From a virus (Duplodnaviria > Caudoviricetes), in IMG/VR virus record IMGVR_UViG_3300032225_001145, positions 32,001-96,000 of that record: DNA of 64,000 nucleotides. The stretch is one strand, 5' to 3'. This document shows positions 18,310-28,080 of the stretch, piece after piece. A program made the translations under genes and the position numbers. The notes under the pieces are model-generated. The model was not told the origin of the DNA and made no database searches. It saw only the letters and a list, made by a program, of their open reading frames with translations. How positions within the stretch are numbered: the stretch's first letter is position 1; each line of letters opens with the position of its first letter.

Positions 18310-18474
18310 ATAGATATATTTACTGATATGTTAATGCTGTAACCCAGGCAATATGATATATTAGAGAAACTTGTAAAGTTGAGCCGCTTGTTAAACCTTG
18401 AGCACTTGCGGCCACTTATGCCGCAGATAGGATAAAAAGTTTACAAGTAGTTAATAAGTCAGTGTAAATATTAG

Positions 18475-19020
18475 TTATTCTAAAATTGAATAATCACGAA
18501 CAGCATCTTTTTTAAATCTTATAGTAAGATAATATCGATTTTTATCACTAAGATTTATAGCCGAGTGAACTTGTACATTATTAAAAATGTAAATACCGCC
18601 TTCAACTAACTGAGCTACTATAGATTTTAAATCGTTATCTTCGCCGTTACGCCACATCGCGGCAACTTTATCATTTGTAATAATAGGAATTTGTATTTTT
18701 ATAATGTTGTCTTGCATTGATCCATAATTTACTGCATTATAATCTGCATGCTCAACCAAATAAGTATGAGGATACATACAAGCAAAATTAGTTTGTAGGT
18801 TACCCTCCGAATCAAAAAACTTTGCTAGCTCTTTGTAAACTTTGTTAATTATATTCTGGTGATTTACAGTGAGCTGGCGTCTGCTCTTACTAACTTTAAT
18901 AACATTAGCGTGAAAATCAGGAACAGCAAAATATTCTTGTTCGGGCGCTATTATTTTTAATTCTTCTAGTAACGACTGAGATAGACTGCCAATAAGTTTG
19001 TAACTATATGGATGTTGCAT
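18475..19020 (-). CDS. Aspartyl/asparaginyl beta-hydroxylase-like oxygenase
   Basis: EHAD...QIPIITN...VHSAIN...RYYL. Confidence 0.75.
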   Translation of the reverse strand: MQHPYSYKLIGSLSQSLLEELKIIAPEQEYFAVPDFHANVIKVSKSRRQLTVNHQNIINKVYKELAKFFDSEGNLQTNFACMYPHTYLVEHADYNAVNYGSMQDNIIKIQIPIITNDKVAAMWRNGEDNDLKSIVAQLVEGGIYIFNNVQVHSAINLSDKNRYYLTIRFKKDAVRDYSILE

Positions 19021-19022
19021 AA

Positions 19023-19865
19023 TTATATGAAATTAAAAGTTAATCTTTTAAGCAATCTAGAACCGTTAACAGTTTCCCGTTTATGGACATTGAACCAATT
19101 ATCGTAAACAACAATATCACCTAGTTGCCATACATGTTTATAAAGTGTGTTAGATTTACTTTCTAATAATGTATATGTATTGAGCATAAACGCATCTATT
19201 TCTTTAGCTGTTAAAGTTATATTATTTTTTAACACACTATTAATCCAAGCCTTATTATTTTTGCCAGGATGATCGTAACAGTTTAGGTTAGGACTAGATT
19301 TATTTGTTTTAGGATTAATTTTAAGAAATGGAAGTTTTTTTAATCTTGTTCCAGGAATATACATGTCTTGAAACATTATTTCGTAACTGTCAAAGTTATT
19401 TTTCTCGTCCTGCGTAAGTTGATCCCATGCTAGTTCAAGATTTAACCAAGTCGTATCACCAGATCCGTCCTCAGTATTTTTAACCATGTATAACGCTCTG
19501 CCAGGATAGCTTAGTTCATTGACATGTGGCATATCGGCGTGGTATGCCATGTAGTCATTTTTAAACATATTATTGTTGGACTGAAAATAACTTACAGGTT
19601 TTAATGTGTCTTGTTTAATAGTCGAATCATTACCTTGTGAAATAAAAGATTTTTTATAGTCATCACGAGACCATACAGTACCAAATTTTTGTCCTAACGA
19701 ATAAAATTCGTCATCGGTTAAATTAGGACCAAGACCCCTAATAACAATTAGGTTTCTATCAAGGAGTAGATCGGTTAATAATTTGTTATCAATAGACATA
19801 AACTCCTGAAAAGAGTCTACATGCGTTATACTAGCCCAAGATTCGAAAATATTTTCAGTTTTCAT
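19023..19865 (-). CDS. TauD/TfdA-family dioxygenase
   Basis: YHAD, GDTTW, HVWQLGDIVVYDNWFNVHKR, RLLKR; start placed at 19865. Confidence 0.85.
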   Translation of the reverse strand: MKTENIFESWASITHVDSFQEFMSIDNKLLTDLLLDRNLIVIRGLGPNLTDDEFYSLGQKFGTVWSRDDYKKSFISQGNDSTIKQDTLKPVSYFQSNNNMFKNDYMAYHADMPHVNELSYPGRALYMVKNTEDGSGDTTWLNLELAWDQLTQDEKNNFDSYEIMFQDMYIPGTRLKKLPFLKINPKTNKSSPNLNCYDHPGKNNKAWINSVLKNNITLTAKEIDAFMLNTYTLLESKSNTLYKHVWQLGDIVVYDNWFNVHKRETVNGSRLLKRLTFNFI

Positions 19866-19995
19866 GGTTATATTTACCAGCAAATATTTTACTCAAAAAA
19901 TTTGATTATAATAGAATAATACTATATAATAATTGTAAAAATATCTTATAAGACGTTAGACTTATAATTGTAACAATTTATTGAGAACTTCTATT

Positions 19996-20319
19996 ATGAA
20001 ACACTATGTAGTAAGATTAAATGTTCAACCATGTGAACAACAATTTATGTGGAGAATTTGGGAGGATGGAATTGAAATCAAAAATGCTAGTAGCGTTTTT
20101 ATTAATGTTCCTAGCTATACGGAAAAAACTTTAGAATCTGAACCAGATAGATTTGGAAGATTTGAAAGGAATAACATAGCTTGTGACGGACATGCTACCT
20201 GGGAAGATTCTATTTTAAAAATAAACGGGAGTGTGGAGAAACAGGTATACTCAGCAGATTTAAAATCTGCCGACGCAAGTCATGGCGGTTCGACCCCGCC
20301 CATTCCTACCAAAATGTAA
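19996..20319 (+). CDS. Hypothetical protein whose frame runs through tRNA-Leu
   Basis: MKHYVVRLN...NIACDGH; no stop until past the tRNA. Confidence 0.55.
   Translation: MKHYVVRLNVQPCEQQFMWRIWEDGIEIKNASSVFINVPSYTEKTLESEPDRFGRFERNNIACDGHATWEDSILKINGSVEKQVYSADLKSADASHGGSTPPIPTKM
20227..20311 (+). tRNA. tRNA-Leu(TAA)
   Basis: GCAGA-TT-TAA-AA-TCTGC, long variable arm, A73, CCA. Confidence 0.9.
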
Positions 20320-20328
20320 AGTTTTAAC

Positions 20329-20402
20329 GCGGGATTAGTTTAATGGTAAAACAGCAGATTTCCAATCTTCGGTCAAGAGTTCGATTCTCTTATCCCGCTC
20401 CA
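20329..20402 (+). tRNA. tRNA-Gly(TCC)
   Basis: GCGGGA acceptor, TT-TCC-AA loop, U73, CCA. Confidence 0.9.
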
Positions 20403-20423
20403 ATTTAAAAGTAAAGTTTCAAA

Positions 20424-20497
20424 GCGGGTATGGTGTAATGGTAACCCGAATCCTTGCCAAGGATTAGTTGAGAGTTCGATTCTCTCTACCCGCTCCA
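20424..20497 (+). tRNA. tRNA-Gly(GCC)
   Basis: AATCC-TT-GCC-AA-GGATT, U73, CCA. Confidence 0.92.
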
Positions 20498-20609
20498 TGT
20501 AATGCGGACCCGTCAAACATTCCGCATCCGCTGTCAACGAAAACGGGATGGGCTGTTGGCACGGGGTTTGATAGTTTTCCTGACAACCGAAAAACTATCA
20601 CCAGTCAAT

Positions 20610-20685
20610 GGTAACTGTAGTTCAATGGTAGAATCCAGGATTGTGATTCCTGTTGTTGTGGGTTCGAGTCCCATCAGTTACCCCA
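20610..20685 (+). tRNA. tRNA-His(GTG)
   Basis: G-1:C73, CAGGA-TT-GTG-AT-TCCTG, CCA. Confidence 0.95.
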
Positions 20686-20913
20686 AATTATATATTTTTG
20701 ATAATATTGTTGTCAACTTAATGTCAACTTCAAGCGTTAATATAGTATGCTAGGAGGCATTATGTTAACAACTACAAAACCTAATTACGAAGATCCCAAA
20801 GTAGGATACTCTACGCAAGATTCATATTTGCGAATGAAATGTCCTGACTGTGATAAACGACGTAGCGGGCCTTGTAGTCATCCCAGCATACTTAACCTAA
20901 AAGGAAATTCAAA

Positions 20914-21090
20914 ATGAAATCATTATTCTTAATTGTAGCCAGTGTATTCGCATTATCGGCCGTTGCCGCAGACGCTCCTAAGGCTCCAGCAGCACCAGCT
21001 AAAGTAGAAAGTAAAAAGGACGCACAGCCTTCCAAAAGCACCGCGCCTGCTGTCAAAGAAACAAAAACAGCGACTCCAGCTTCTAAGTAA
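20914..21090 (+). CDS. Small secreted Ala/Pro/Lys-rich protein (58 aa)
   Basis: MKSLFLIVASVFALSAVA-ADAPKAPAAPAK...; signal peptide, AAGGA RBS. Confidence 0.75.
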   Translation: MKSLFLIVASVFALSAVAADAPKAPAAPAKVESKKDAQPSKSTAPAVKETKTATPASK

Positions 21091-21361
21091 TTTTAAGTTT
21101 GAAGATTCAGACGATGACTTCTACGAGGATACTCCGGATATCCATGTAGGACGTTGTCGTCCTGAAATTATCAAAATTGATATTGTTGATAACGATATTG
21201 ATTTATCCGACGATATTAAAATTAGATTAGCTGTAGCCAGATTGAAGGCGCTGAAGAAATATGAAGAGATTTGGGGCTAGTACTTCAAATCTCTTCATTT
21301 TTACAAAAAAATATGGATAAAACTTTTAGTAATATCCCAAATATATCAACTAAATATTTCT

Positions 21362-21901
21362 ATGTTTAAAAAATTAAAAAATACCTTTACTTTTAATGAT
21401 TATCAAACCCTAGAAAATCAAGTACAGTATGGAAAAGTCAGAGAAGATGGGTTTTATGGAATTTCGTATGATGTCGTAACAATTGGATCGAATATTAAAT
21501 TGTTCGAAGTAATACCTGAACAATATCGGAATAAATTTGCATTATTATCTATGGAGATAAATTGTCATATCAGGCCACATACTGATAGCGGAATTTTAGC
21601 TACAATTAATTTTTATATAGAATCACAAAATGCTATTACAAAATTTTATTCAATTAAATCAAATAATCCTACGACTTCAAAAATTGAAAATCAAACTAAT
21701 GGATCACTTTTTGAGTTATCCGATTTAGATGAACAAGACAGTTTTGTAGCTAAAGACGGCGAAGCATTTATTTTAGATGTAACTAATCCACATGCAGTAG
21801 CTTGTACCAAATACGGTATTAGAAAAGCATTGGTATTACAAACCAAAGAATTTTCATACGATGAAGTTTGTAAAATGCTTGAAGAAACAAATAATCTATA
21901 A
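21362..21901 (+). CDS. Putative Fe(II)/2OG-type oxygenase
   Basis: PHTD...INFY...PHAV...RKALVL. Confidence 0.6.
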   Translation: MFKKLKNTFTFNDYQTLENQVQYGKVREDGFYGISYDVVTIGSNIKLFEVIPEQYRNKFALLSMEINCHIRPHTDSGILATINFYIESQNAITKFYSIKSNNPTTSKIENQTNGSLFELSDLDEQDSFVAKDGEAFILDVTNPHAVACTKYGIRKALVLQTKEFSYDEVCKMLEETNNL

Positions 21902-21929
21902 ATTTTGTTAACAAAGAAAGGAGGCTTAT

Positions 21930-22496
21930 ATGCCAAGTGTATTCTTAGTAAGCGACACGCACTTTGGACACACAGGTGTATGCCGCTTCACACGTGACGA
22001 TGGTGTTACAAAACTTCGCCCATGGGACTCATCTGAGGAAATGGACGAAGCTATGGTCAAGGCCTGGAACGAACGGGTAAAGCCCACCGACAAGGTCTAC
22101 CATTTAGGAGATGTAGTTATGAGCCGTCGGAGTCTTGGTATTATGTCAAGACTTAACGGCGACAAAGTTTTAATTCGTGGTAACCACGATATCTTTAAAG
22201 ATGAGGATTACCGTGCTCATTTTAGAGAACTTAGAGCTTATCACGTTATGAACGGAATGATTTTAAGTCATATTCCTATTCACGAAGAGTCGTTAGGCCG
22301 TTTCGGAGTAAACATCCACGGTCACACTCATGCCAATAGAGTTATGAAAGATGGAAAAATTGATGTACGCTACCATTGTGTTTGCGTAGAACAAACTCCC
22401 GACTATGCTCCAATTCTCTTTGAAGATGTTATTAAACGAATCAAAGACGAAGGTGGAGAGATTGGTTTTAGGAATGGCAATGGTCCCACAATGTAA
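21930..22496 (+). CDS. Calcineurin-like metallophosphoesterase
   Basis: SDTHFGH, HLGDV, GNHD, SHIP, HGHTH. Confidence 0.92.
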   Translation: MPSVFLVSDTHFGHTGVCRFTRDDGVTKLRPWDSSEEMDEAMVKAWNERVKPTDKVYHLGDVVMSRRSLGIMSRLNGDKVLIRGNHDIFKDEDYRAHFRELRAYHVMNGMILSHIPIHEESLGRFGVNIHGHTHANRVMKDGKIDVRYHCVCVEQTPDYAPILFEDVIKRIKDEGGEIGFRNGNGPTM

Positions 22497-22544
22497 CAGT
22501 TGTGGGACTTTTATTAAACTAAATATCAATATGGAAAATTTATA

Positions 22545-24041
22545 ATGTATGATTGCGTTTTACTGTGCGGTTCAAAAAATGAAATTGCTGGACGAAATAT
22601 TGCAGGATATCGTCTGAGGACGGCAGCCGAACGAGCAGGATACTCGTGTTTAGTATTAGATTGTGCTACCGCAATGACTGCCAAAGATTTAGAAGTTGTA
22701 TTGGATCACACAATATCTGATAAAACATTAATGTTAGGTATTAGTACAGTCTGGTTAGATTCTAACGGACCGTTTGGTGTTCCTGGTAGTACCGAATGGA
22801 TTAATGAAGATTTTTTCAATCGAATCAAAACTAAATTTCCAAAATTAACAATCGTCGCTGGCGGCAATGGGCTTCTTAAATTAAAAGGTTCTGTTGAAAT
22901 ATATAATGCAGCACAGTGGCATGTCACTGGATTTAGCGATGATAGTTTTCCAAAATTATTAATGATGTTAGACGGAAAGCCAAATCACAATTTAAAATAT
23001 TTTGTAGATTTCAAAGGTAAGAAAACTGTTGACAGTAACGCAACCTATAAAATAGAAAATCCAAATAATATCGAAACAATACTGGTTAAAGATGACGGAT
23101 TCCTTGCTCATCAACCAATTCCATTAGAAGTAAGTAGAGGTTGTATTTTTAGATGCGCTTTCTGCAATCATCCTTTTACCGGAGCTAAAGATGCCGATAG
23201 TTATATCCGGACTCCAGAGAGTATCGCATCAGAATTACGCCGTAACTACGAATTATTTGGCACGACTAGATATTCTTTAATGGACGATACATTTAACGAT
23301 AGTATAGAAAAATTAGATAGATTAGAAAAAGCAATTGAATTAGCTAAATTGCCGAACTTTGAATTCCAATGTTATTTAAAACCTGAATTACTAGTAACCA
23401 AACCTGGCATGATAGACCAATTAAAAAGATTGGGCTTAATGGGCGCATTTGCTGGAATAGAAAGTTTAAATAATCGAGCAAGAAAAGAAATGAATAAAGG
23501 CATGGATATAGATCGTGTTTTAGATGCTATGTCAACATTAAAAAGTAAAAATTCTAAAGCAAAAATTTATGCAGGAATGATCGTGGGATTACCAGGAGAC
23601 ACAGTAGAAGATGTAGGGAAATGGCAGGAGCTTTTTATAAAAAATCAAACTACATTATTCCAAGGATGGGAGTATAATTCTTTAGGAATTTATAGTCCAA
23701 CGGATCGAGACAAAAAAAATATGCTTTTAAGCCCTATGGAAAAAGATCCAGAAAAATATGGATACCAAATTGTTAATGTTAGTGATTCAGGTTACAATTT
23801 TTGGCGGAATGAACATATGGATACCGGCATAGCTTATTCCTTAGCCGCTCGGTTAAATGTAGAATCAAGATTTATAACAACAGCAGCTGGATGGAATGTA
23901 GCCTCGGCTTGGCATTTAAATGAAACCGAAGAAAATATAGCTACTAAAACTTTAAATAAATTAGAATTAGGTCGACGACTTTTGGAACAAGCTAAAAATA
24001 GAGCGTCATTAGTTGCCACTAAGATTATTTCATCTAGTTAA
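22545..24041 (+). CDS. Radical SAM protein of B12-dependent type
   Basis: EVSRGCIFRCAFC, DDTFND, GIESL, IVGLPGDT; N-terminal Rossmann-like region. Confidence 0.8.
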   Translation: MYDCVLLCGSKNEIAGRNIAGYRLRTAAERAGYSCLVLDCATAMTAKDLEVVLDHTISDKTLMLGISTVWLDSNGPFGVPGSTEWINEDFFNRIKTKFPKLTIVAGGNGLLKLKGSVEIYNAAQWHVTGFSDDSFPKLLMMLDGKPNHNLKYFVDFKGKKTVDSNATYKIENPNNIETILVKDDGFLAHQPIPLEVSRGCIFRCAFCNHPFTGAKDADSYIRTPESIASELRRNYELFGTTRYSLMDDTFNDSIEKLDRLEKAIELAKLPNFEFQCYLKPELLVTKPGMIDQLKRLGLMGAFAGIESLNNRARKEMNKGMDIDRVLDAMSTLKSKNSKAKIYAGMIVGLPGDTVEDVGKWQELFIKNQTTLFQGWEYNSLGIYSPTDRDKKNMLLSPMEKDPEKYGYQIVNVSDSGYNFWRNEHMDTGIAYSLAARLNVESRFITTAAGWNVASAWHLNETEENIATKTLNKLELGRRLLEQAKNRASLVATKIISSS

Positions 24042-24079
24042 CTTATATTATAACACCCGATAATATATTAAAATACTAA

Positions 24080-24649
24080 CTAGGATAAGTTGTTGATATA
24101 TTTAGATTTAATCCAATTTCGATACTTGTTAAAAATTGTCATAGGATCGTCTTTAATTACTTTTTCAAAATCAAGAGTTATGGACAATACATATCTGTCA
24201 TCGGGTCCACTTATCGCGCCGTGATAGGCTTGTGTATTCAAAAGATAATATGTATCTAATTTATATTCTAACGGAATAATATTAAAAAGCAAATCGTGTT
24301 GTTTGCCAACCCTAAAATAAGTTTTGTTATCTAGCCCTTCAGATAAAACCATATTAATAGATACTGGCCTACCTATATCTGTATGGAAAGTATAAAAACA
24401 ATTCGGTTCCATCTTATAAATTCTAAATCCGCTTGCCGGAGTATTTAACTCTGTGTGGATTGTATTTAAAACAGGATCTTCTGTTATAAACTCTGTAGGC
24501 AGTATTGTTTGTAAAAATGAAAACTGTGGGATATATCCTCTTTGTACAAAATCTTTAGAAGACTTAGCATATTCTAAAATTTTAGCCCTATTTACCGATT
24601 TGACAGGTATAGGCATATAACATTCTTCTTGATTAAATTTATCTTTCAT
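24080..24649 (-). CDS. Putative Fe(II)/2OG-type oxygenase
   Basis: FHTD...SINM...YHGA...RYVLSI. Confidence 0.65.
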   Translation of the reverse strand: MKDKFNQEECYMPIPVKSVNRAKILEYAKSSKDFVQRGYIPQFSFLQTILPTEFITEDPVLNTIHTELNTPASGFRIYKMEPNCFYTFHTDIGRPVSINMVLSEGLDNKTYFRVGKQHDLLFNIIPLEYKLDTYYLLNTQAYHGAISGPDDRYVLSITLDFEKVIKDDPMTIFNKYRNWIKSKYINNLS

Positions 24650-24672
24650 GTTTTTATTTATAAGTTAGTTAT

Positions 24673-24749
24673 ACCTTGGTAGACAAATTGGAAAAGTCGT
24701 TGCTTCAAGAGAGCAAAAGTTATGAGTTCGAATCTCATCCAAGGTACCA
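24673..24749 (+). tRNA. Atypical tRNA, probably Leu (anticodon AAG or CAA), short variable loop
   Basis: ACCTTGG/CCAAGGT acceptor, A73, CCA, GTTCGAATC; loop TCAAGAG closed by TTGCT/AGCAA. Confidence 0.75.
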
Positions 24750-24770
24750 TTATATACTAAATAAATCACT

Positions 24771-25397
24771 ATGAATATAATTTGCGGTCCCAAAGACGAC
24801 CAACGAACCGTAATAATAACTCTACCTGAAAAGAAATCCCGAATAGCTGTACTTGTTAGCGGTGGCTTAGATAGTGCTATATTATATTATCTATTACTAC
24901 TAGAAAATAAATTAAGAGGTAACCTACACGAAATAGTTCCTATCTCTATTATGCGTAAAGAAGGATCAAAATATTTCAGTAGTTTAGTTATTGGACACGT
25001 AAATCAAGCCTTCCAATTACCCTATAATGATCCAATGATTGTCGGTGACAATACTTTGCCAGAGGAAGAACAAGTAAAGTCTGGAGTTAATCAAGCAATT
25101 GATCTAGGATTTAATATTGTATATGCCGGAGTTATAGAACAACTACCTCAACATATGGTAAACTGGCAACCTATACCTAGCAAAGAAACTGCTAGGTTTA
25201 AAACACCTTTCCAGTCTATTAACAAAAGTCATATTATAGATATAATTACTAAATTTAAACAGGAACCTTTATTTTATATAACACATAGTTGTGCCGGCGA
25301 GCAATCGCAAGTCGGCAGATGTAAAGGTTGCAACGGCTGTAACGAAAGAAGTTGGGGATTCGATCAGCTAAAGATAATCGATCCTGGAACTATATAG
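24771..25397 (+). CDS. QueC-like PP-loop ATPase
   Basis: VSGGLDS; THSC...RCKGCNGCNER Zn-binding tail. Confidence 0.7.
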   Translation: MNIICGPKDDQRTVIITLPEKKSRIAVLVSGGLDSAILYYLLLLENKLRGNLHEIVPISIMRKEGSKYFSSLVIGHVNQAFQLPYNDPMIVGDNTLPEEEQVKSGVNQAIDLGFNIVYAGVIEQLPQHMVNWQPIPSKETARFKTPFQSINKSHIIDIITKFKQEPLFYITHSCAGEQSQVGRCKGCNGCNERSWGFDQLKIIDPGTI

Positions 25398-25917
25398 CAA
25401 TATCTGGATTAAATCGCACACTAAGAATCATCCTAACATGATTTGAAAAATTAACAACCTTATGTGGTTTATCAATGTTTACAATTATTGGATGCTCAAT
25501 TTTGATAATTTTTGCTAAATTTGGGCCATGTTGCCAATCGATGTCTAAGTAAGTAAGTCCTTGACTATCTTTAATATTTAACGAATATATTCCTTCGTAC
25601 CAAGACATTTCGGCGTCGCTGTCAGTAATAGGAATATTTAAAGCCCAGTCTGGATGATTTAAACGAGTGGGTGATAAACCATCTATATGTATAGAGCTTT
25701 CTGTTTTAGGTCCCTGTATAAAAAGTATGGCATTAGTTATTTTATGTTCCTTACCAGTCAACAACTTAACATCAGGCAAAAGGTGAGTGGACAACCATTT
25801 TTTTTCTTCATTAGATAATATTATCTGTTTTTGATCTATTATTACTTTTAATTTCTCTTTAAACTTTTCTTGAATTATATTCCAATTAGAAATAGAGATT
25901 GGGCGATGATATTCCAT
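25390..25917 (-). CDS. Putative Fe(II)/2OG-type oxygenase
   Basis: IHID...LNIPI...PHKVVN...RMILSVRF; start placed at 25917. Confidence 0.65.
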   Translation of the reverse strand: MEYHRPISISNWNIIQEKFKEKLKVIIDQKQIILSNEEKKWLSTHLLPDVKLLTGKEHKITNAILFIQGPKTESSIHIDGLSPTRLNHPDWALNIPITDSDAEMSWYEGIYSLNIKDSQGLTYLDIDWQHGPNLAKIIKIEHPIIVNIDKPHKVVNFSNHVRMILSVRFNPDIAI

Positions 25918-25925
25918 ACACATAT

Positions 25926-26507
25926 TTATTGTAACGAAATAGATGTAATAGGTGGCTGACTAAAATCTGCTTCACAACTCCACGGCAATAGTCTTAAACT
26001 AATACCAATAGCTATCTTATCGCCCTCATTGATAAGATTGTGCCATTGTTCTATGTTAGCTATAAAAGGATTAGTACAATATATTTCTTCAAGTACTCGT
26101 GTATCTTCTTTTTTTACATTTGGCACAGGATTAAATCTTTTATCTTCTCCATAACTGAATACTCCAGCTGGATTAGTCACTTCGTGCCATCCCCATTTTA
26201 TTTGTTCACAATTTTTCAAAGGTAATATAATAGTTTGATGAGCTTGATGGAGTTTATTAGTTACTTCTGGCCTATGATCAGAGTGAATCATAATTGAAGA
26301 TTTTGGCAGAAAATATATTAATAATATATTATGTCGATCGTATAATTTTTCGTCAACATTTAATAATTTTAAAATATTAAGTTGTACATCATCGGGTATT
26401 TTTCCAACATAGCCTATTTTTGGATTTTGAATATCTGGTGCTGAAATTAACGAAAGAATTTCTTGTGTTGGTGGGTTGGACCAATTAACTAGTTTATAGT
26501 ATGACAT
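25926..26507 (-). CDS. Putative Fe(II)/2OG-type oxygenase
   Basis: IHSD...WHNLIN...ISLR. Confidence 0.55.
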   Translation of the reverse strand: MSYYKLVNWSNPPTQEILSLISAPDIQNPKIGYVGKIPDDVQLNILKLLNVDEKLYDRHNILLIYFLPKSSIMIHSDHRPEVTNKLHQAHQTIILPLKNCEQIKWGWHEVTNPAGVFSYGEDKRFNPVPNVKKEDTRVLEEIYCTNPFIANIEQWHNLINEGDKIAIGISLRLLPWSCEADFSQPPITSISLQ

Positions 26508-26568
26508 AGTAATATATTTAGCGGCGCAAAGATTGTTTATAAATATCTACTTATTAAAAGGAAAACAC

Positions 26569-27027
26569 ATGGGTACTATTACTATTTTGGGCAAGGAATT
26601 AACTAAACAAAATCAAACTTGTGAAGTTAAATTAGCTCAAAGTATAGTCAATACCCCAGTTGTTCCATTTTTTTTAAAAAACTTTGCGGAGTTGATTGAA
26701 CAAGGATACACCTATTCGGCTATGTCTGGCTCAAATCAAAGCAAGGCCATTTATGTAGAAATTAATGGAACTATTATTGCTCATATTGTATTTGACATAC
26801 TAAAAGATGCGTATAACACAGCATGGATAGTGTTTAGTTGCGTGGATAAAAATTATAGAAATCAAGGCATTTATAAAATTATGCATAGGCATTTTGAAAT
26901 AGAGGCAAAAAAATTAGGCTCAATTAAAATAGCAAGTTCTGTACACTTAGACAATAAAACTCGACAAGCTAGTTGCAAAAGTGTCGGGATGATCCCTGCC
27001 TATTATCGTATGGAAAAAGACATATAA
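26569..27027 (+). CDS. GNAT-family acetyltransferase
   Basis: VDKNYRNQGIY acetyl-CoA motif A; VHLDN; AAGGA RBS before 26569. Confidence 0.8.
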   Translation: MGTITILGKELTKQNQTCEVKLAQSIVNTPVVPFFLKNFAELIEQGYTYSAMSGSNQSKAIYVEINGTIIAHIVFDILKDAYNTAWIVFSCVDKNYRNQGIYKIMHRHFEIEAKKLGSIKIASSVHLDNKTRQASCKSVGMIPAYYRMEKDI

Positions 27028-28080
27028 ATGAATAAAAAACTCATTTGGGCTGCATGGGGAAATTTAAACATAGATGATAAACCCTACAGAAACAGTTATT
27101 CTAAAGTAGCATATCGATTTGAATTTCCAGTAGATAGATTTAACTTATTAAACACTCTAGAATTGGATTGTGAGAATATTGTCAAGGCACCAATTTATAA
27201 TTTGTCTAATATAACTCAAGATCACCGTGACAGATTTTTTGATGCGATCGAGCAAACTACCGATGAATTGTTTAGAATAGCAGAAGATAGAATAATATAC
27301 ATTGCCTATAGTGGTGGAGTTGATAGCACCTTAGTATTATGCGCTATACGACAACATCCAAAATATAAAGATAAACTAGAGCAAGGCCAGATCAAAATAG
27401 TATTGAATAGTTTTAGCATTGAAGAATACCCAAGATTTTTTTACAATACAATATTACCTGAAATTCCATTTGAATTTATAGATTATGAAAAAATAATGGC
27501 GGACGAAAACGCATTCCTAGTTACGGGCGAAATGGGAGATCATATCACTACCAGCAGCGATATTATTAATTTTATCAACAATGATATTAATTTAGATTTT
27601 AATAGTCATTGGACTAATTTAATCCCCTATGTCAAATCTATCGATGGATCTGATTTTTTCTTGGAAATGTTATATGGTATACAAAAAAAATCTTTTTTTG
27701 AAATATCAAGCGTTAATCAATTAATGTGGTGGTATAGCCAATGTTTTGTTTATCAAGCTATATTAGTGAATCCGTATATATGGTCATCATTAAATGCTAT
27801 AGATACATTGCCAACCGATCAAAAAGTATATAGATTTTTTTATAGTGATATTATAAACACATTCAGTTACGAATATATAAGCACCAATCCCTCTATAAAT
27901 TCTTACGAACAAGGTAAAAAATGGTTTAAAGAATACATTGTTAATTATACTAACGATGATTCTTATTATAATAAAATTAAAATTTTTAGCCAGCGACATA
28001 GTCTTCGATTCTTAAATAAAAGTCAAATTTATTTACAGGACGGCAAATTTAGCGCATTATTAACAAATGAAAAATTATGA
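27028..28080 (+). CDS. PP-loop ATPase (asparagine synthetase C-domain-like)
   Basis: AYSGGVDST, LVTGEMGD. Confidence 0.75.
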   Translation: MNKKLIWAAWGNLNIDDKPYRNSYSKVAYRFEFPVDRFNLLNTLELDCENIVKAPIYNLSNITQDHRDRFFDAIEQTTDELFRIAEDRIIYIAYSGGVDSTLVLCAIRQHPKYKDKLEQGQIKIVLNSFSIEEYPRFFYNTILPEIPFEFIDYEKIMADENAFLVTGEMGDHITTSSDIINFINNDINLDFNSHWTNLIPYVKSIDGSDFFLEMLYGIQKKSFFEISSVNQLMWWYSQCFVYQAILVNPYIWSSLNAIDTLPTDQKVYRFFYSDIINTFSYEYISTNPSINSYEQGKKWFKEYIVNYTNDDSYYNKIKIFSQRHSLRFLNKSQIYLQDGKFSALLTNEKL

